Shown here: positions 47,760 to 57,129 of the stretch, in pieces | Layout of the letters: the number at the start of each line of letters is the position of its first letter | Numbering within the stretch: position 1 is the stretch's first letter | Virus record (IMG/VR): IMGVR_UViG_3300020046_004077 | Origin: a virus | Taxonomy: Duplodnaviria; Heunggongvirae; Uroviricota; Caudoviricetes | Length of the DNA stretch: 64,000 nt | Direction: 5' to 3' (one strand) | Notes under the pieces: model-generated | Told to the model about the DNA's origin: nothing | Databases searched by the model: none | Seen by the model: the letters and a program-made list of their open reading frames with translations, nothing else | Program-made: the position numbers and the translations under genes

Positions 47760-49031
47760 ATGAGAAAATTATTTAAAATTAGCCGAAAGGCTATAGAAGA
47801 ATTTTATGGTTCTTATCCTAGATACGTTACTCACTATTCCTTGGGTCCCGGACATTCAGAAGGAAGACATAAACTACCAGTCAAAGAAGAATATGATTTA
47901 AGTGTATTAGCAAATCACGGTCCAGTATCTTATGTAAAGGTACACGGTATTGGAGATAGTGCATTTTTACCCGTATTACGTAAAGATTTAATAGAAGTTG
48001 AGTTACCAGATGCTATAGTTGAATTTAAAGAAGTGTTGGAGAGCTTACATCCTGGGCATTATTATATGCCTGACGATAATGGTATAATTTACATTCACTA
48101 CCCTGAGTTAACAATAACTAACAGTCATGATGCAAGTCATAAAATCTATGACTTAGTTGTTAATTTTACAGTAGATCCAACAAACGGTACTTTACTTTCA
48201 TCTTTATATGGTATGAGGTTCTCTTTAAGTCAAAGAGAACTAGCAAAAGGTTACATTCATTCACACTTAAAAACTAATTATCACTCTTTTAATAATCCTT
48301 TCTGTTTAGGGGGAGGTAGTACCTTTCAAAAGATGGTCAATAATTTGTGTTGTTCAGGCAGTGTGACAAAGGAACAGTTTGAGTTATTTATTTTACAGTT
48401 AAACTCTTATTTATGTTGGGAAAGTCTTGAAGGTACTCCCCACATGAGTATTTTAAGCTTGTCTGGAGCTATAGCAGATTCTGGAGATAGTGCTTTTCGT
48501 ACAACAGATGAAATTTTAAATCTGGAAAAGTTAGGTGGTAAAACATGTATGTCTTTTATTGATACTAATCTTGACAGCATTTACTTTACTCCATTAGGAA
48601 TTCCTGTATTTGATCCTGGTCTGGTTAGCAAAAAGTTTTTTGACTTTGAGGTAAATACTTTAACTAAAATAGTAGCTGGGGCTCACTTAAAACAGTGGAA
48701 TGAAGATACAGGACAGTATGTGGTTAGTGGAGTTAATCAGACTTCAAACACTTATAGCTTACCGAGAGATGTTTTAGATTACTATGAAAGCTATAGACTT
48801 AATAAACACCTTCCTGGTATCAAACCAAGAGTGATAGAAGAAGAACAAAATACGAATAAAACAAAAACAATTACCAGGTTATCAAGAACAGCAATAGAGG
48901 TAGTAACCAGAGGAACTAATTCAATATTGATACAAGCATTAAATAAACATGCAAAAAGAACAAACCCCAAAGAGGGAAGTACTAGTAGTAGTAACAGAGA
49001 AGTTAGCAGGGCAAATACACTTCCTGCATAG
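47760..49031 (+). CDS. unknown 423-aa protein in Ubl/JAB/E1 cassette (candidate E2-like or substrate)
   Basis: No clear motif; HSFNNPFCLGGGS and LCCSGS Cys patches; overlaps JAB ORF by 83 nt. Confidence 0.3.
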   Translation: MRKLFKISRKAIEEFYGSYPRYVTHYSLGPGHSEGRHKLPVKEEYDLSVLANHGPVSYVKVHGIGDSAFLPVLRKDLIEVELPDAIVEFKEVLESLHPGHYYMPDDNGIIYIHYPELTITNSHDASHKIYDLVVNFTVDPTNGTLLSSLYGMRFSLSQRELAKGYIHSHLKTNYHSFNNPFCLGGGSTFQKMVNNLCCSGSVTKEQFELFILQLNSYLCWESLEGTPHMSILSLSGAIADSGDSAFRTTDEILNLEKLGGKTCMSFIDTNLDSIYFTPLGIPVFDPGLVSKKFFDFEVNTLTKIVAGAHLKQWNEDTGQYVVSGVNQTSNTYSLPRDVLDYYESYRLNKHLPGIKPRVIEEEQNTNKTKTITRLSRTAIEVVTRGTNSILIQALNKHAKRTNPKEGSTSSSNREVSRANTLPA

Positions 49032-50046
49032 TCAATGTCCTACAGGAACAGAATGGTCAGGACTTTTAGTCTACCAAATTGTTGAAGGGGATGTTGACGA
49101 ATTCACAAAAAACGATAAAGCTTACTTAGAAATAAAGGCTGAAGCTGTGTTCCCAATGGATTTTGGAGACGCAGGATTCACCAGCTTTGAGGGGAGTGTA
49201 GATTGGATTAAATGTTTCCAGCAATACCCTCAAATTGATCCAATGAATCCCGAACCGGGCTGGTATGTGGGTAAAATTCATAGCCACCATAACATGAACG
49301 TGTTTCATTCAGTAACAGATAACACTGACTTAGAACAAAATGCTCCTAAGTTACCTATCTTCCTTTCACTTATTGTAAATTATAAGTGTGAGTTAGATTG
49401 CAAATTAGCGATTGCTATGGAGTCCAAGGAGATAGTTCTTACAAGAACAGAATGGAAGTTTAAGAGTTGGAAGACTTGGAAAAAAGCGGTAAAGAAAGAG
49501 GAAAAACAAAAACCTGGTGTATTTACCATTGCTTGTAAGACTACTTATGAGCAAGAAGATTGGTTTGTAGATCAAACAGAACAGCTTGCAGCAAGAAAGA
49601 AAACCTCGCAGTATAGCTACAAACCACCTCAACAAGAAAGTACTAATAAAGTATTACTTCCCCATGAGGGAGATGCGGCTACAGACGTTAGTCAGGAAAC
49701 AATGAAGAGAGTTCTTAATAACTTCCCGGAACTTGTTTCTTTAAACTGTTTGAAGTTAGTAACTCCACTTGAATCAATAACAGTAGTTGATCGGGATTTG
49801 AAGGTGGAAGATATGGAAAACTATAAGAAAGCGTTTAAAGCTTACTTTACAAGTGTTTGGTTTGATAAACACTTTTCTGACACTAAGATTGAACATACAG
49901 AAGTTCTTGATGGTATTAGGAAGTTTCTAAATCATCATCACGGTTGGCTTGTAGGACATTTAAAGAATTTAACTAATGAGCTCAGAGAAGAATACGACTC
50001 ACTTTGGCCGTTTCAAGGGTCTTCCGTGGTTCGAGCCGATCTCTAA
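48949..50046 (+). CDS. JAB/MPN+ (JAMM) metallopeptidase with ~200-aa C-terminal extension
   Basis: N-terminal domain: ...TEWSGLLVYQ (conserved Glu) ... GWYVGKIHSHHNMNVFHSVTD = H-x-H-x7-S-x2-D JAMM zinc motif. Confidence 0.65.
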   Translation: MQKEQTPKREVLVVVTEKLAGQIHFLHSQCPTGTEWSGLLVYQIVEGDVDEFTKNDKAYLEIKAEAVFPMDFGDAGFTSFEGSVDWIKCFQQYPQIDPMNPEPGWYVGKIHSHHNMNVFHSVTDNTDLEQNAPKLPIFLSLIVNYKCELDCKLAIAMESKEIVLTRTEWKFKSWKTWKKAVKKEEKQKPGVFTIACKTTYEQEDWFVDQTEQLAARKKTSQYSYKPPQQESTNKVLLPHEGDAATDVSQETMKRVLNNFPELVSLNCLKLVTPLESITVVDRDLKVEDMENYKKAFKAYFTSVWFDKHFSDTKIEHTEVLDGIRKFLNHHHGWLVGHLKNLTNELREEYDSLWPFQGSSVVRADL

Positions 50047-50731
50047 TTCCAGTATCTTTATTGGAGGTGCTGGAGGAATATCATCCTGGTTAACTTTCTT
50101 TCTTGCAAGAGCCGGGGCTACTATTTATGTAGTAGACAACGATGTAGTAGATGAAGTAAATCTTGCCGGTCAATTGTACGGTAAGGAAGACGTAGGTAAG
50201 AGTAAAGTTGAAGCCATTTCAGATGTAGTTACAAGACTTTGTGGAGAGAATAACATAACCCCTGTAGAAACCTTTATAGATGAAAATGGAGGGTTGTGGA
50301 CTAACTTGATAGCTCAGAGTGATGTAGTTTGCGTAGGTTTTGACAACCTTAAAGCAAGGGAACTTGTATACAAGGAGTGGAGGGCTAATGGTAAAGAAAA
50401 GTCATTCTTTGTTGACGGAAGATTGTCAGCAGAAAATGGTCAGATTTTCACTCTTTCCAAAGACTCTTTGGAACTGGATTTTACAGCTTATGAGCAAACT
50501 TATTTTCCTGAATCAGAAAGGGTAGAATTACCTTGCAGTATGAAAGCTACAAGTCATTGCGGGGCTTTAATAGCATCATTAATGACTGCTCAGATTACTA
50601 ATTGGTTTAATAATGGTTTAGAGGAGAATGTTCCAAGAACTACTTCAAATATTGAATTTCATTTACAATTAATGATTTTCGATCAACCAAAGTACAAAGT
50701 AAAAACAGAAGTTTATGTTAACGAAGTTTAG
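49976..50731 (+). CDS. ThiF/MoeB/E1-like adenylyltransferase (ubiquitin-activating-enzyme family)
   Basis: IFIGGAGGISSWLTFFLARAGATIYVVDNDVVDEVNLAGQ = E1 Rossmann GxGxxG plus D-x-D...N-L-x-x-Q nucleotide-binding signature; CGALIASLMTAQI matches the E1 G..G...A.E..K region; Cys in PCSMKATSHCG. Confidence 0.65.
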   Translation: MSSEKNTTHFGRFKGLPWFEPISNSSIFIGGAGGISSWLTFFLARAGATIYVVDNDVVDEVNLAGQLYGKEDVGKSKVEAISDVVTRLCGENNITPVETFIDENGGLWTNLIAQSDVVCVGFDNLKARELVYKEWRANGKEKSFFVDGRLSAENGQIFTLSKDSLELDFTAYEQTYFPESERVELPCSMKATSHCGALIASLMTAQITNWFNNGLEENVPRTTSNIEFHLQLMIFDQPKYKVKTEVYVNEV

Positions 50732-51551
50732 TGGAGAAGAATGGATTTTAACTTATCCAGTTGAAGTAACAAGCCCTGATCAGTTTATTCCTTTATTTAC
50801 AGCTTTCGATTCTGATGTTATTTACACTCACAGAAGGTATAGATTCAACTACGTTCTACAGGGGCAGGGGATGTATTTAGTTTTATCTGATGAAAAAGAC
50901 TTGGGAGTTAGTAGCAAAAACTATACAGCAGAGGAGGTAAGAGAAAGACTAATAAAACAATTCAACTATAGTTATCCTGACAGATATTCAGTTCCTTTAA
51001 GTTACAGGGTTGTTAAGAATAATGTTAGTTATGGCTCAGGCTGGAATGACTTAGTTAAGACTTTTAACGGGTTGTCTCCATGCTTCTATGATGGTACTTA
51101 TTATGCACTTCCAGGTTTGGTTTGTAAAATGCAAGGTTCTAATTACAGTTCTGCAATAAGCACCTTGTCCAGTAAACAATTTTTAGCTCATACTATTTTC
51201 AGGAGACATGATTTGTTGTTTGCTTTTAAACCATGTGCTTTAGTGTTAGTTAAAGCTAAACATATTCCACTAATAAGAATATGCCAGCATTTAGAACAAC
51301 CTTTCAACATTCCTTTTGAAGACTTTAAACTCTTTACTATAAACAACCCTGACGTTTACGAAGGCAGGGCTATTAAGGAAGTATTGTCAACAAGTAGTGG
51401 ATTTGGGCAGTTTATAAGCAAGAACAGTGTGGAAAGGAACTATGTAGACAAAGAGGTAATGGATAGTTATTTAATTGGTCCTTACAGTGTTCCTTCTAAA
51501 GCAAACCTTGTAGAACTTGCTAAAACTGTAGTTGAAGAACAAAACCTTTAA
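50715..51551 (+). CDS. unknown 278-aa protein downstream of E1
   Basis: No motif recognised; start overlaps E1 stop. Confidence 0.3.
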   Translation: MLTKFSGEEWILTYPVEVTSPDQFIPLFTAFDSDVIYTHRRYRFNYVLQGQGMYLVLSDEKDLGVSSKNYTAEEVRERLIKQFNYSYPDRYSVPLSYRVVKNNVSYGSGWNDLVKTFNGLSPCFYDGTYYALPGLVCKMQGSNYSSAISTLSSKQFLAHTIFRRHDLLFAFKPCALVLVKAKHIPLIRICQHLEQPFNIPFEDFKLFTINNPDVYEGRAIKEVLSTSSGFGQFISKNSVERNYVDKEVMDSYLIGPYSVPSKANLVELAKTVVEEQNL

Positions 51552-52006
51552 TGACGAACGGAAAGAGAAACAGGCAAGCAGGACATAGATTTGAATTGTT
51601 CTGTGTTAATGCCTTTAAGCAAGCTGGATTTAATGACGTTGTTTCGTCCAGAAGTTCTAACAGAAGCAGAGATGCTCAGAAGATTGATCTGGTGAACAGA
51701 GATGAAATAAATTCAGGCAGATTGCCTTGGGCAGTTCAATGTAAGAATGTTGCAGGTACTTTAAAGTATCCTGCTGTTCTTGCAGAATTACCTAATGAAC
51801 CAGGAATAACAAAAGTTATTCTACATAACCAAACTCAAAAGGTTGGTAATAGGTTCATAACGAGAGACAGGTTTGCTATAATGTATATGAATGACTTTAT
51901 GGCAATAGTGAAGAAACTAAGAGAGTATGAACAAAGAGATGTTAGGAGAGTCGTGGTTCAAAGTACTGGAACAGGAAATGAATCAAGAACGGTTCCAACA
52001 ACTTAA
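51551..52006 (+). CDS. PD-(D/E)xK nuclease, Hjc-like Holliday junction resolvase
   Basis: GHRFELF...AGFNDVVSSRSS..SRDAQKIDLVN...WAVQCK = E ... D ... (Q)xK pattern and spacing of archaeal-type Hjc resolvases. Confidence 0.45.
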   Translation: MTNGKRNRQAGHRFELFCVNAFKQAGFNDVVSSRSSNRSRDAQKIDLVNRDEINSGRLPWAVQCKNVAGTLKYPAVLAELPNEPGITKVILHNQTQKVGNRFITRDRFAIMYMNDFMAIVKKLREYEQRDVRRVVVQSTGTGNESRTVPTT

Positions 52007-52643
52007 ATCAGAATTGAAGAATGAGTATGCTAAATATCCTGTAAGACCAGCTCCAGCTGACATCTTTAAAGCATTTAAATTATGTGCATTTGAAGATACA
52101 AGAATAGTTGTAATCGGGCAGGATCCTTATCCGTTTGGTAGTCATGCTGATGGATTAGCTTTCTCTTCTAAAGAAGAAGATACACCAGCATCCTTGAGAT
52201 ATATCTTGAGAGAAGTAGATCGGGATATTACCCGTACTACTTCTTATCAGGAGTATAAACAAGCTTTTCCAACTAACAGGTTGGATAGCTGGGCTAAACA
52301 GGGTATATTGCTACTTAATACTTCTTTAACTGTAAGAGCTGGGGAACCAAACTCCCACAAAGAACTTGGTTGGACCCCATTTATTGAGTTTGTATTAACA
52401 AGTTTATGGAATCTGGACAGAAGTCTGGTTTTTGTAGTTTGGGGAGAACAAGCAAAGAAAGCATTACTTCCTGTAGTTAAAGCTAACCCTAAACAAGTTC
52501 ACTATATTCTTGAATCAGGACATCCTGCTTCAGGAAGTCATGGTAAGGATAAATTCTCAGGTTGTAATCATTTTTCAAAAATTAATAACTATTTTTACAG
52601 GGGCCAGTTACCTGAAATAGACTGGAAACTTAATGCAAACTGA
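51927..52643 (+). CDS. ung: uracil-DNA glycosylase (family 1 UNG-like); start probably internal (overlaps resolvase)
   Basis: VIGQDPYPFGSHADGLAFS (GQDPY water-activating loop + HG.AFS) and C-terminal ESGHPASGS (HPSPLS-like). Confidence 0.7.
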   Translation: MNKEMLGESWFKVLEQEMNQERFQQLKSELKNEYAKYPVRPAPADIFKAFKLCAFEDTRIVVIGQDPYPFGSHADGLAFSSKEEDTPASLRYILREVDRDITRTTSYQEYKQAFPTNRLDSWAKQGILLLNTSLTVRAGEPNSHKELGWTPFIEFVLTSLWNLDRSLVFVVWGEQAKKALLPVVKANPKQVHYILESGHPASGSHGKDKFSGCNHFSKINNYFYRGQLPEIDWKLNAN

Positions 52644-52980
52644 AAAAACTAAATTTAGACTACCAAGACAATTTGCTGATAAATGGTTGGCTGCTCTTAG
52701 ATCTGGAGAGTACATGCAAGGACAAGATTATTTAAAGCACAATGGCCGTTATTGTTGCTTAGGGGTAGCTTGTGCTATAACTGAAGGGGTTGAAATAGTA
52801 GAGCCAGAAGCACAGATGATCATTTATGCAGATGAAATAAAAAACATCCATTTAATTCCTAAAGAGCTAACTGGAATGAGAAACTCTTTACCTATTGAGT
52901 TATCTACAATGAATGATAACGGAAGTGACTTTAAGCAAATCGCTAACTGGGTTGAAGAAAACGTAGAACTATATGGCTAG
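52633..52980 (+). CDS. hypothetical protein
   Basis: 115-aa ORF. Confidence 0.3.
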   Translation: MQTEKTKFRLPRQFADKWLAALRSGEYMQGQDYLKHNGRYCCLGVACAITEGVEIVEPEAQMIIYADEIKNIHLIPKELTGMRNSLPIELSTMNDNGSDFKQIANWVEENVELYG

Positions 52981-53158
52981 ACTATTCCAAGCAGAAATCC
53001 AGATTGTGGGTGATGATAAATCCACCACGAGCAAAATACAACAAATATTAGAGAAAGAATTGAAAGAATTGAAAGTAGAAGGAGTATTTGTAAGAGAGGT
53101 AAACTTAGCTCGTGAGTTGGACGAAGAGGATGAGTACGAAGAAGATAGCAATAATTGA
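52973..53158 (+). CDS. hypothetical small acidic protein
   Basis: 61-aa ORF. Confidence 0.25.
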   Translation: MARLFQAEIQIVGDDKSTTSKIQQILEKELKELKVEGVFVREVNLARELDEEDEYEEDSNN

Positions 53159-53921
53159 CCTGGATTCAGTATGTTACACAATAGGTCATGGGAATAAGAT
53201 TACATTACCTGACGGCAGCTTCAAGAAAGAAGGAAACAGGTTAGTTTATCAAGAGAAAACTGACTCTGAATTGATAGATGCTGCCAACAAGGTTATGTCT
53301 GATATTCTACGTTCTTGCGGAGCTACTCATTATATTGGTTACATGAAGGGGTTTAATACTACGGATAGCCGGAAAGCAATAAACCCTAACTACAAAGCTC
53401 AAAGGTCAACAGAACCTCCTAAATGGTGGAACTTTGTTCAGAATCAGTTGCATCTTGAGTGGAAGGCTGTTTATGTAGATGACATTGAGGTTGATGACGC
53501 TGTTAATATAACCAAGTTACAGCTTAGTGATTCCTTTATTGTTGCTATTGATAAAGACCTTTTAAGCTTGCCCGGTACCCATTATAACTGGAGAAAGGGA
53601 GAATGGACTACTGTTGCTTCAGAGGAAGCTGCTTACAGATTCTGGTCAGATATGATTGTAGGACAGCCTATAGACAACGTTAAAGGTATCCCAGGAAAGG
53701 GGGAAGCTTTTACAAAGAAGTTGTTTGAGCAGGAAAGTAATTATCCAAATGCAACGTTTAATGCCTACATTAAGTTTTTTGGGGTTGATTCTGGAATAAA
53801 GGAGTTTTATAAAAACTATGTTTCTTTAAGATTACTTGATTACGCCCCTAATTTCTCTATTCCATTACCAGTTGAATCCCCTACTATTAAGCAAATACAA
53901 CAAGAAGAATTTCCTTTATAA
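53112..53921 (+). CDS. 5'-3' exonuclease / flap endonuclease (RNase H-like, T5 D15/PolI 5'-nuclease family); likely starts at MSTKK (~53130)
   Basis: KKIAIIDLDSV N-terminal Asp cluster; H3TH motif GQPIDNVKGIPGKGEAFTKKLF. Confidence 0.65.
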   Translation: MSWTKRMSTKKIAIIDLDSVCYTIGHGNKITLPDGSFKKEGNRLVYQEKTDSELIDAANKVMSDILRSCGATHYIGYMKGFNTTDSRKAINPNYKAQRSTEPPKWWNFVQNQLHLEWKAVYVDDIEVDDAVNITKLQLSDSFIVAIDKDLLSLPGTHYNWRKGEWTTVASEEAAYRFWSDMIVGQPIDNVKGIPGKGEAFTKKLFEQESNYPNATFNAYIKFFGVDSGIKEFYKNYVSLRLLDYAPNFSIPLPVESPTIKQIQQEEFPL

Positions 53922-53989
53922 AACTTACTAAGTTTAGTTGACTTAACAAGAAAGATTAATTACCTTTATCACTTCTCAACAAAAGAAAA

Positions 53990-54517
53990 ATGAGCGAAAA
54001 GAGAAGTGTTAATTTATGCAGTACCTATGTTCTGCCCTTACTTGGGCTCAACAGGTATAGTTTTGGTTCGCCAGAGAAGTTTATAAACAGTTACGTTAGT
54101 GAAGATGATCTGCATATCGTTGTGGAATGCACTCATCAATATTCTACTGTAATTGTTAATCACCCTAATTTCAAGTTAGGTATGGAGAAAGGAGACGTCT
54201 ATATTGCCGTCTTTGATGTACCTGTATACTACCGTGAAGATGTTAAAAAGTTTAGAGAAGGTAAGTACTCACAACTTACAGAATCAGCTAAAAACATGAT
54301 TAGGAAGAAATCTGGTTTACCTTACAAAGTACCAATTCCGGGAGGAGGGTATAGGTCTGCCCCTGAGTTGCTAGCATTAGATAAAGACAAAGTGTTAAAG
54401 AAGCATCTGGAAGAATCTTTGGGAACAAAGATAGACAATGATGCAGAACTGGCATCTATTCCAGGTGAAGATAATTTCTATAACCTTAATCTATCAAATA
54501 AGTTACAACCTTGTTAA
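53990..54517 (+). CDS. hypothetical protein
   Basis: 175-aa ORF. Confidence 0.3.
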   Translation: MSEKRSVNLCSTYVLPLLGLNRYSFGSPEKFINSYVSEDDLHIVVECTHQYSTVIVNHPNFKLGMEKGDVYIAVFDVPVYYREDVKKFREGKYSQLTESAKNMIRKKSGLPYKVPIPGGGYRSAPELLALDKDKVLKKHLEESLGTKIDNDAELASIPGEDNFYNLNLSNKLQPC

Positions 54518-54857
54518 TTTTTATAAAGAAATGGAAGAAGTGAAATACAAGAATCCTATTACAGGAGAGAATGTAGATGAAGTAATTACAGAAAAAGAGG
54601 CGAGAAAAAGAGGATATTTTGATTTACAATTTATACTCCGTCACTTAGAAGACGATAATGAATTTGTTAAGTACTTCATAGTAGAAGGTAAGAAAATAAT
54701 TGTTGATCTGGAGAAGCCTTACTTAAACTACAAGAAAAATACCCAAATTAACCACGAGAGAGTGCTCACAGCTCTTGATGTGGTAGGACCAGTTAAATCA
54801 ACACCAGCTCCTGAATCCTGCAGTATGGATGATGGATGTGTATCCTGTGGATCCTAA
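54438..54857 (+). CDS. hypothetical protein
   Basis: 139-aa ORF (start may be internal). Confidence 0.25.
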   Translation: MMQNWHLFQVKIISITLIYQISYNLVNFYKEMEEVKYKNPITGENVDEVITEKEARKRGYFDLQFILRHLEDDNEFVKYFIVEGKKIIVDLEKPYLNYKKNTQINHERVLTALDVVGPVKSTPAPESCSMDDGCVSCGS

Positions 54858-55386
54858 GAAGTATAATCTTTCTTTAAGATTTTCAAGATCATTTGACAAA
54901 AATATAGATCCAAGAGACGTAGTTCACGACTGTTACATTAAGTGGAGGAAGTACTACGATAGGGATCTTTTTGAAGAAGATCCTGTAAGAATCTACGTTG
55001 CTGTCAAGCAGTATTTTGGAATTCTATGGAAAGCTAAATCTTTTGCTCAAAAGGGAACTTCCATGAAGTTACCTAAGAGTGAAATAAGTCTTAGTGACAC
55101 TTATCCTGATGGTGACCCCGTTTACAACTTTCCCAATAATGAATCTATTGAAGATAATTACATAAGAGACGAATTAGATGCTTACTTTCAGAAGACGGTT
55201 ACTGCAAAGCTGATGTTAAATAAGCATGGAAATAATCGGGTAGATTACAATGCTGCTTACGAGTTAATGAAACAAGGATGTGGACATAGTGAAATACAAG
55301 AAGCAATGGGACTATCAAGGAGTACTACTACAGAAACAATTAGGTACATTCGTGAAACTTTAGTTGAAGTTTATGAACGAAGATGA
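54829..55386 (+). CDS. sigma-70-like/ECF-type transcription factor candidate
   Basis: 185 aa; C-terminal GHSEIQEAMGLSRSTTTETIRYIRETL resembles region-4 HTH. Confidence 0.35.
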   Translation: MMDVYPVDPKKYNLSLRFSRSFDKNIDPRDVVHDCYIKWRKYYDRDLFEEDPVRIYVAVKQYFGILWKAKSFAQKGTSMKLPKSEISLSDTYPDGDPVYNFPNNESIEDNYIRDELDAYFQKTVTAKLMLNKHGNNRVDYNAAYELMKQGCGHSEIQEAMGLSRSTTTETIRYIRETLVEVYERR

Positions 55387-55567
55387 AGAAATACCTGTAC
55401 CTCTTTGGGTATTAAAGGGAAAAGTAGAAACTGACTGGGAAGAGTATCTCTTTTTGTCTGGAGGTGACATAGAAAGATTTCCTGTTTACGACAGTACAAT
55501 AGAAGTACTCAAGATCTTAGAAAAGCGAGGAATAAAGTTTAATAAAGAAACAAGAGAGTGGGAGTAA
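55364..55567 (+). CDS. hypothetical protein
   Basis: 67-aa ORF. Confidence 0.25.
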   Translation: MKFMNEDEEIPVPLWVLKGKVETDWEEYLFLSGGDIERFPVYDSTIEVLKILEKRGIKFNKETREWE

Positions 55568-55583
55568 CATCCCACTTTTATTT

Positions 55584-55721
55584 TGTGGGTATATGCCTGG
55601 AGGCTGAAAGTTATCGACAAAGGCACTTATCTGAAAGGTGAAAGTAGGTCAGCTACGATTGAGTAATCGAGGATAGTGAAATACTGCCTGATAACCAGTA
55701 GGTTCGAACCCTACACCCACA
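55584..55721 (+). ncRNA. tRNA-like element: perfect 7-bp acceptor-type pairing plus canonical T-arm separated by ~105 nt (interrupted or atypical tRNA)
   Basis: 5' TGTGGGT (55584-55590) pairs with ACCCACA (55714-55720) directly after GTAGG-TTCGAAC-CCTAC (55697-55713); interior contains CTGATAAC loop-like motif. Confidence 0.3.
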
Positions 55722-55909
55722 GCGAAATAAAACAAACAATATGGAAGCAGATTACATGAAATACATCCATTATTGGAAAAGACAAATATCAGACTCTAAG
55801 CTACAAGCTATGATCGACAAATATGCTCTGTATTCCAAGGATGTTTGGTTAATTTTACTTGAAGAAAAACTAAGGAGAGTCGAGCTCGAAATCTCGATAT
55901 TTTAATACA

Positions 55910-56158
55910 ATGAACAACATGGTTTTAGTGGCTGCCGGACTCTTATCAACAGAGGAGATCGTAGACAGGCTTGAAGGTGCAATACAGAACTATAGAATAG
56001 TTCCTGATGAGGAAAAAATTTTAGGTGTCGAGATGTGGTGTGCAATTCTCATGACTCACCAAGCAGCTAAAGACAAAAAAGATGGTGTACTGGGTGTAGC
56101 AAAAGACCTGGATAACATGGCAAAAGCTGAAAAGTTTATAAAGCCTAATCAAAATTAA
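55910..56158 (+). CDS. hypothetical protein
   Basis: 82-aa ORF. Confidence 0.3.
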   Translation: MNNMVLVAAGLLSTEEIVDRLEGAIQNYRIVPDEEKILGVEMWCAILMTHQAAKDKKDGVLGVAKDLDNMAKAEKFIKPNQN

Positions 56159-56196
56159 ACTAACCAAGCCATTTAGCTCAAAGTCTATACGGGTTT

Positions 56197-57060
56197 TTGA
56201 TAGCTTCTCCTGTATGTAAAAATAGAGCCTACGAAGACGAGCGTAAAGATGCAAGATTGACGATCTTGCGATGGCTTACTTTTATTATGAAATACGAAAG
56301 AATAAAGTATCCTGATGGACAGATCTCAGTTAAAATAACTGATATAGAAGGTCCGTTGGAGATCAGAGAAAGAATAAACTCTTATGAAGACTTGTTCTTC
56401 TTAAGAGCATTAGCTGATGCTATTCACACAGCTTATGCAGACCCAATCATTCATGTAGCAATACCTTGTATGTTTGGTCAAAGAAGTGATCGTAGGTTTC
56501 ATCCTCACCAATCCTTTGACTTAAAGTTAATTGCTGAAGTAATTAATAGCTGTAATTTTACAACTGTTAATATCCTGGATCCTCATTCAGACGTAACACT
56601 TGCTTTAATTAATAAGTCTTACAAAGAAGGTGTTGAACACTTTGTAACTCAAGCCGTTGAGTCTATAGCTAAATTAACAAAAGAAGAGATAGTACTTGTT
56701 TCCCCCGATGCCGGAGCGTACAAGAAAGTATTTGAACTAGGTACTAATCTTGAACTTCCTGTAGTTGCGGGAGTTAAGCACAGAGATAACGAAGGAAAAA
56801 TAGATCTTCAGTTTACAGGAGATGTAAAAGACAAGAATTGTCTTATTGTAGACGACATTTGCGATGGTGGGTACACATTCATCGTTCTTGCTAAAAAGCT
56901 TCTTGAACAAGGAGCAAAGCGTGTGTACCTCTATGCTACTCATGGATATTTTTCCAAGGGTATTAATGTATTAGAAGATTGTGGTTTATCACACATCTTC
57001 TGTACTAATTCAGTAAAGGATGTAGATCATCCATTTGTAACTCAATTTAAAATAATATGA
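56197..57060 (+). CDS. prs: ribose-phosphate pyrophosphokinase-like (PRPP synthetase / type I PRTase fold)
   Basis: 287 aa; PRPP-binding loop NCLIVDDICDGGYTF, N-terminal Prs-like domain. Confidence 0.55.
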   Translation: MIASPVCKNRAYEDERKDARLTILRWLTFIMKYERIKYPDGQISVKITDIEGPLEIRERINSYEDLFFLRALADAIHTAYADPIIHVAIPCMFGQRSDRRFHPHQSFDLKLIAEVINSCNFTTVNILDPHSDVTLALINKSYKEGVEHFVTQAVESIAKLTKEEIVLVSPDAGAYKKVFELGTNLELPVVAGVKHRDNEGKIDLQFTGDVKDKNCLIVDDICDGGYTFIVLAKKLLEQGAKRVYLYATHGYFSKGINVLEDCGLSHIFCTNSVKDVDHPFVTQFKII

Positions 57061-57129
57061 ACGAAAGTAAAAAAGTCTATCAGGTAGTAGATAATAACTG
57101 GTTTAACAGATTAATAGCTAAAATCTTTT

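Noticed and set aside
48300-48340. Second JAMM-like motif (YIHSHLKTNYHS) in the 423-aa protein
   Set aside because: The spacing does not fit H-x-H-x7-S-x2-D (Ser falls at x6 and the Asp is replaced by Asn). It is probably coincidental.
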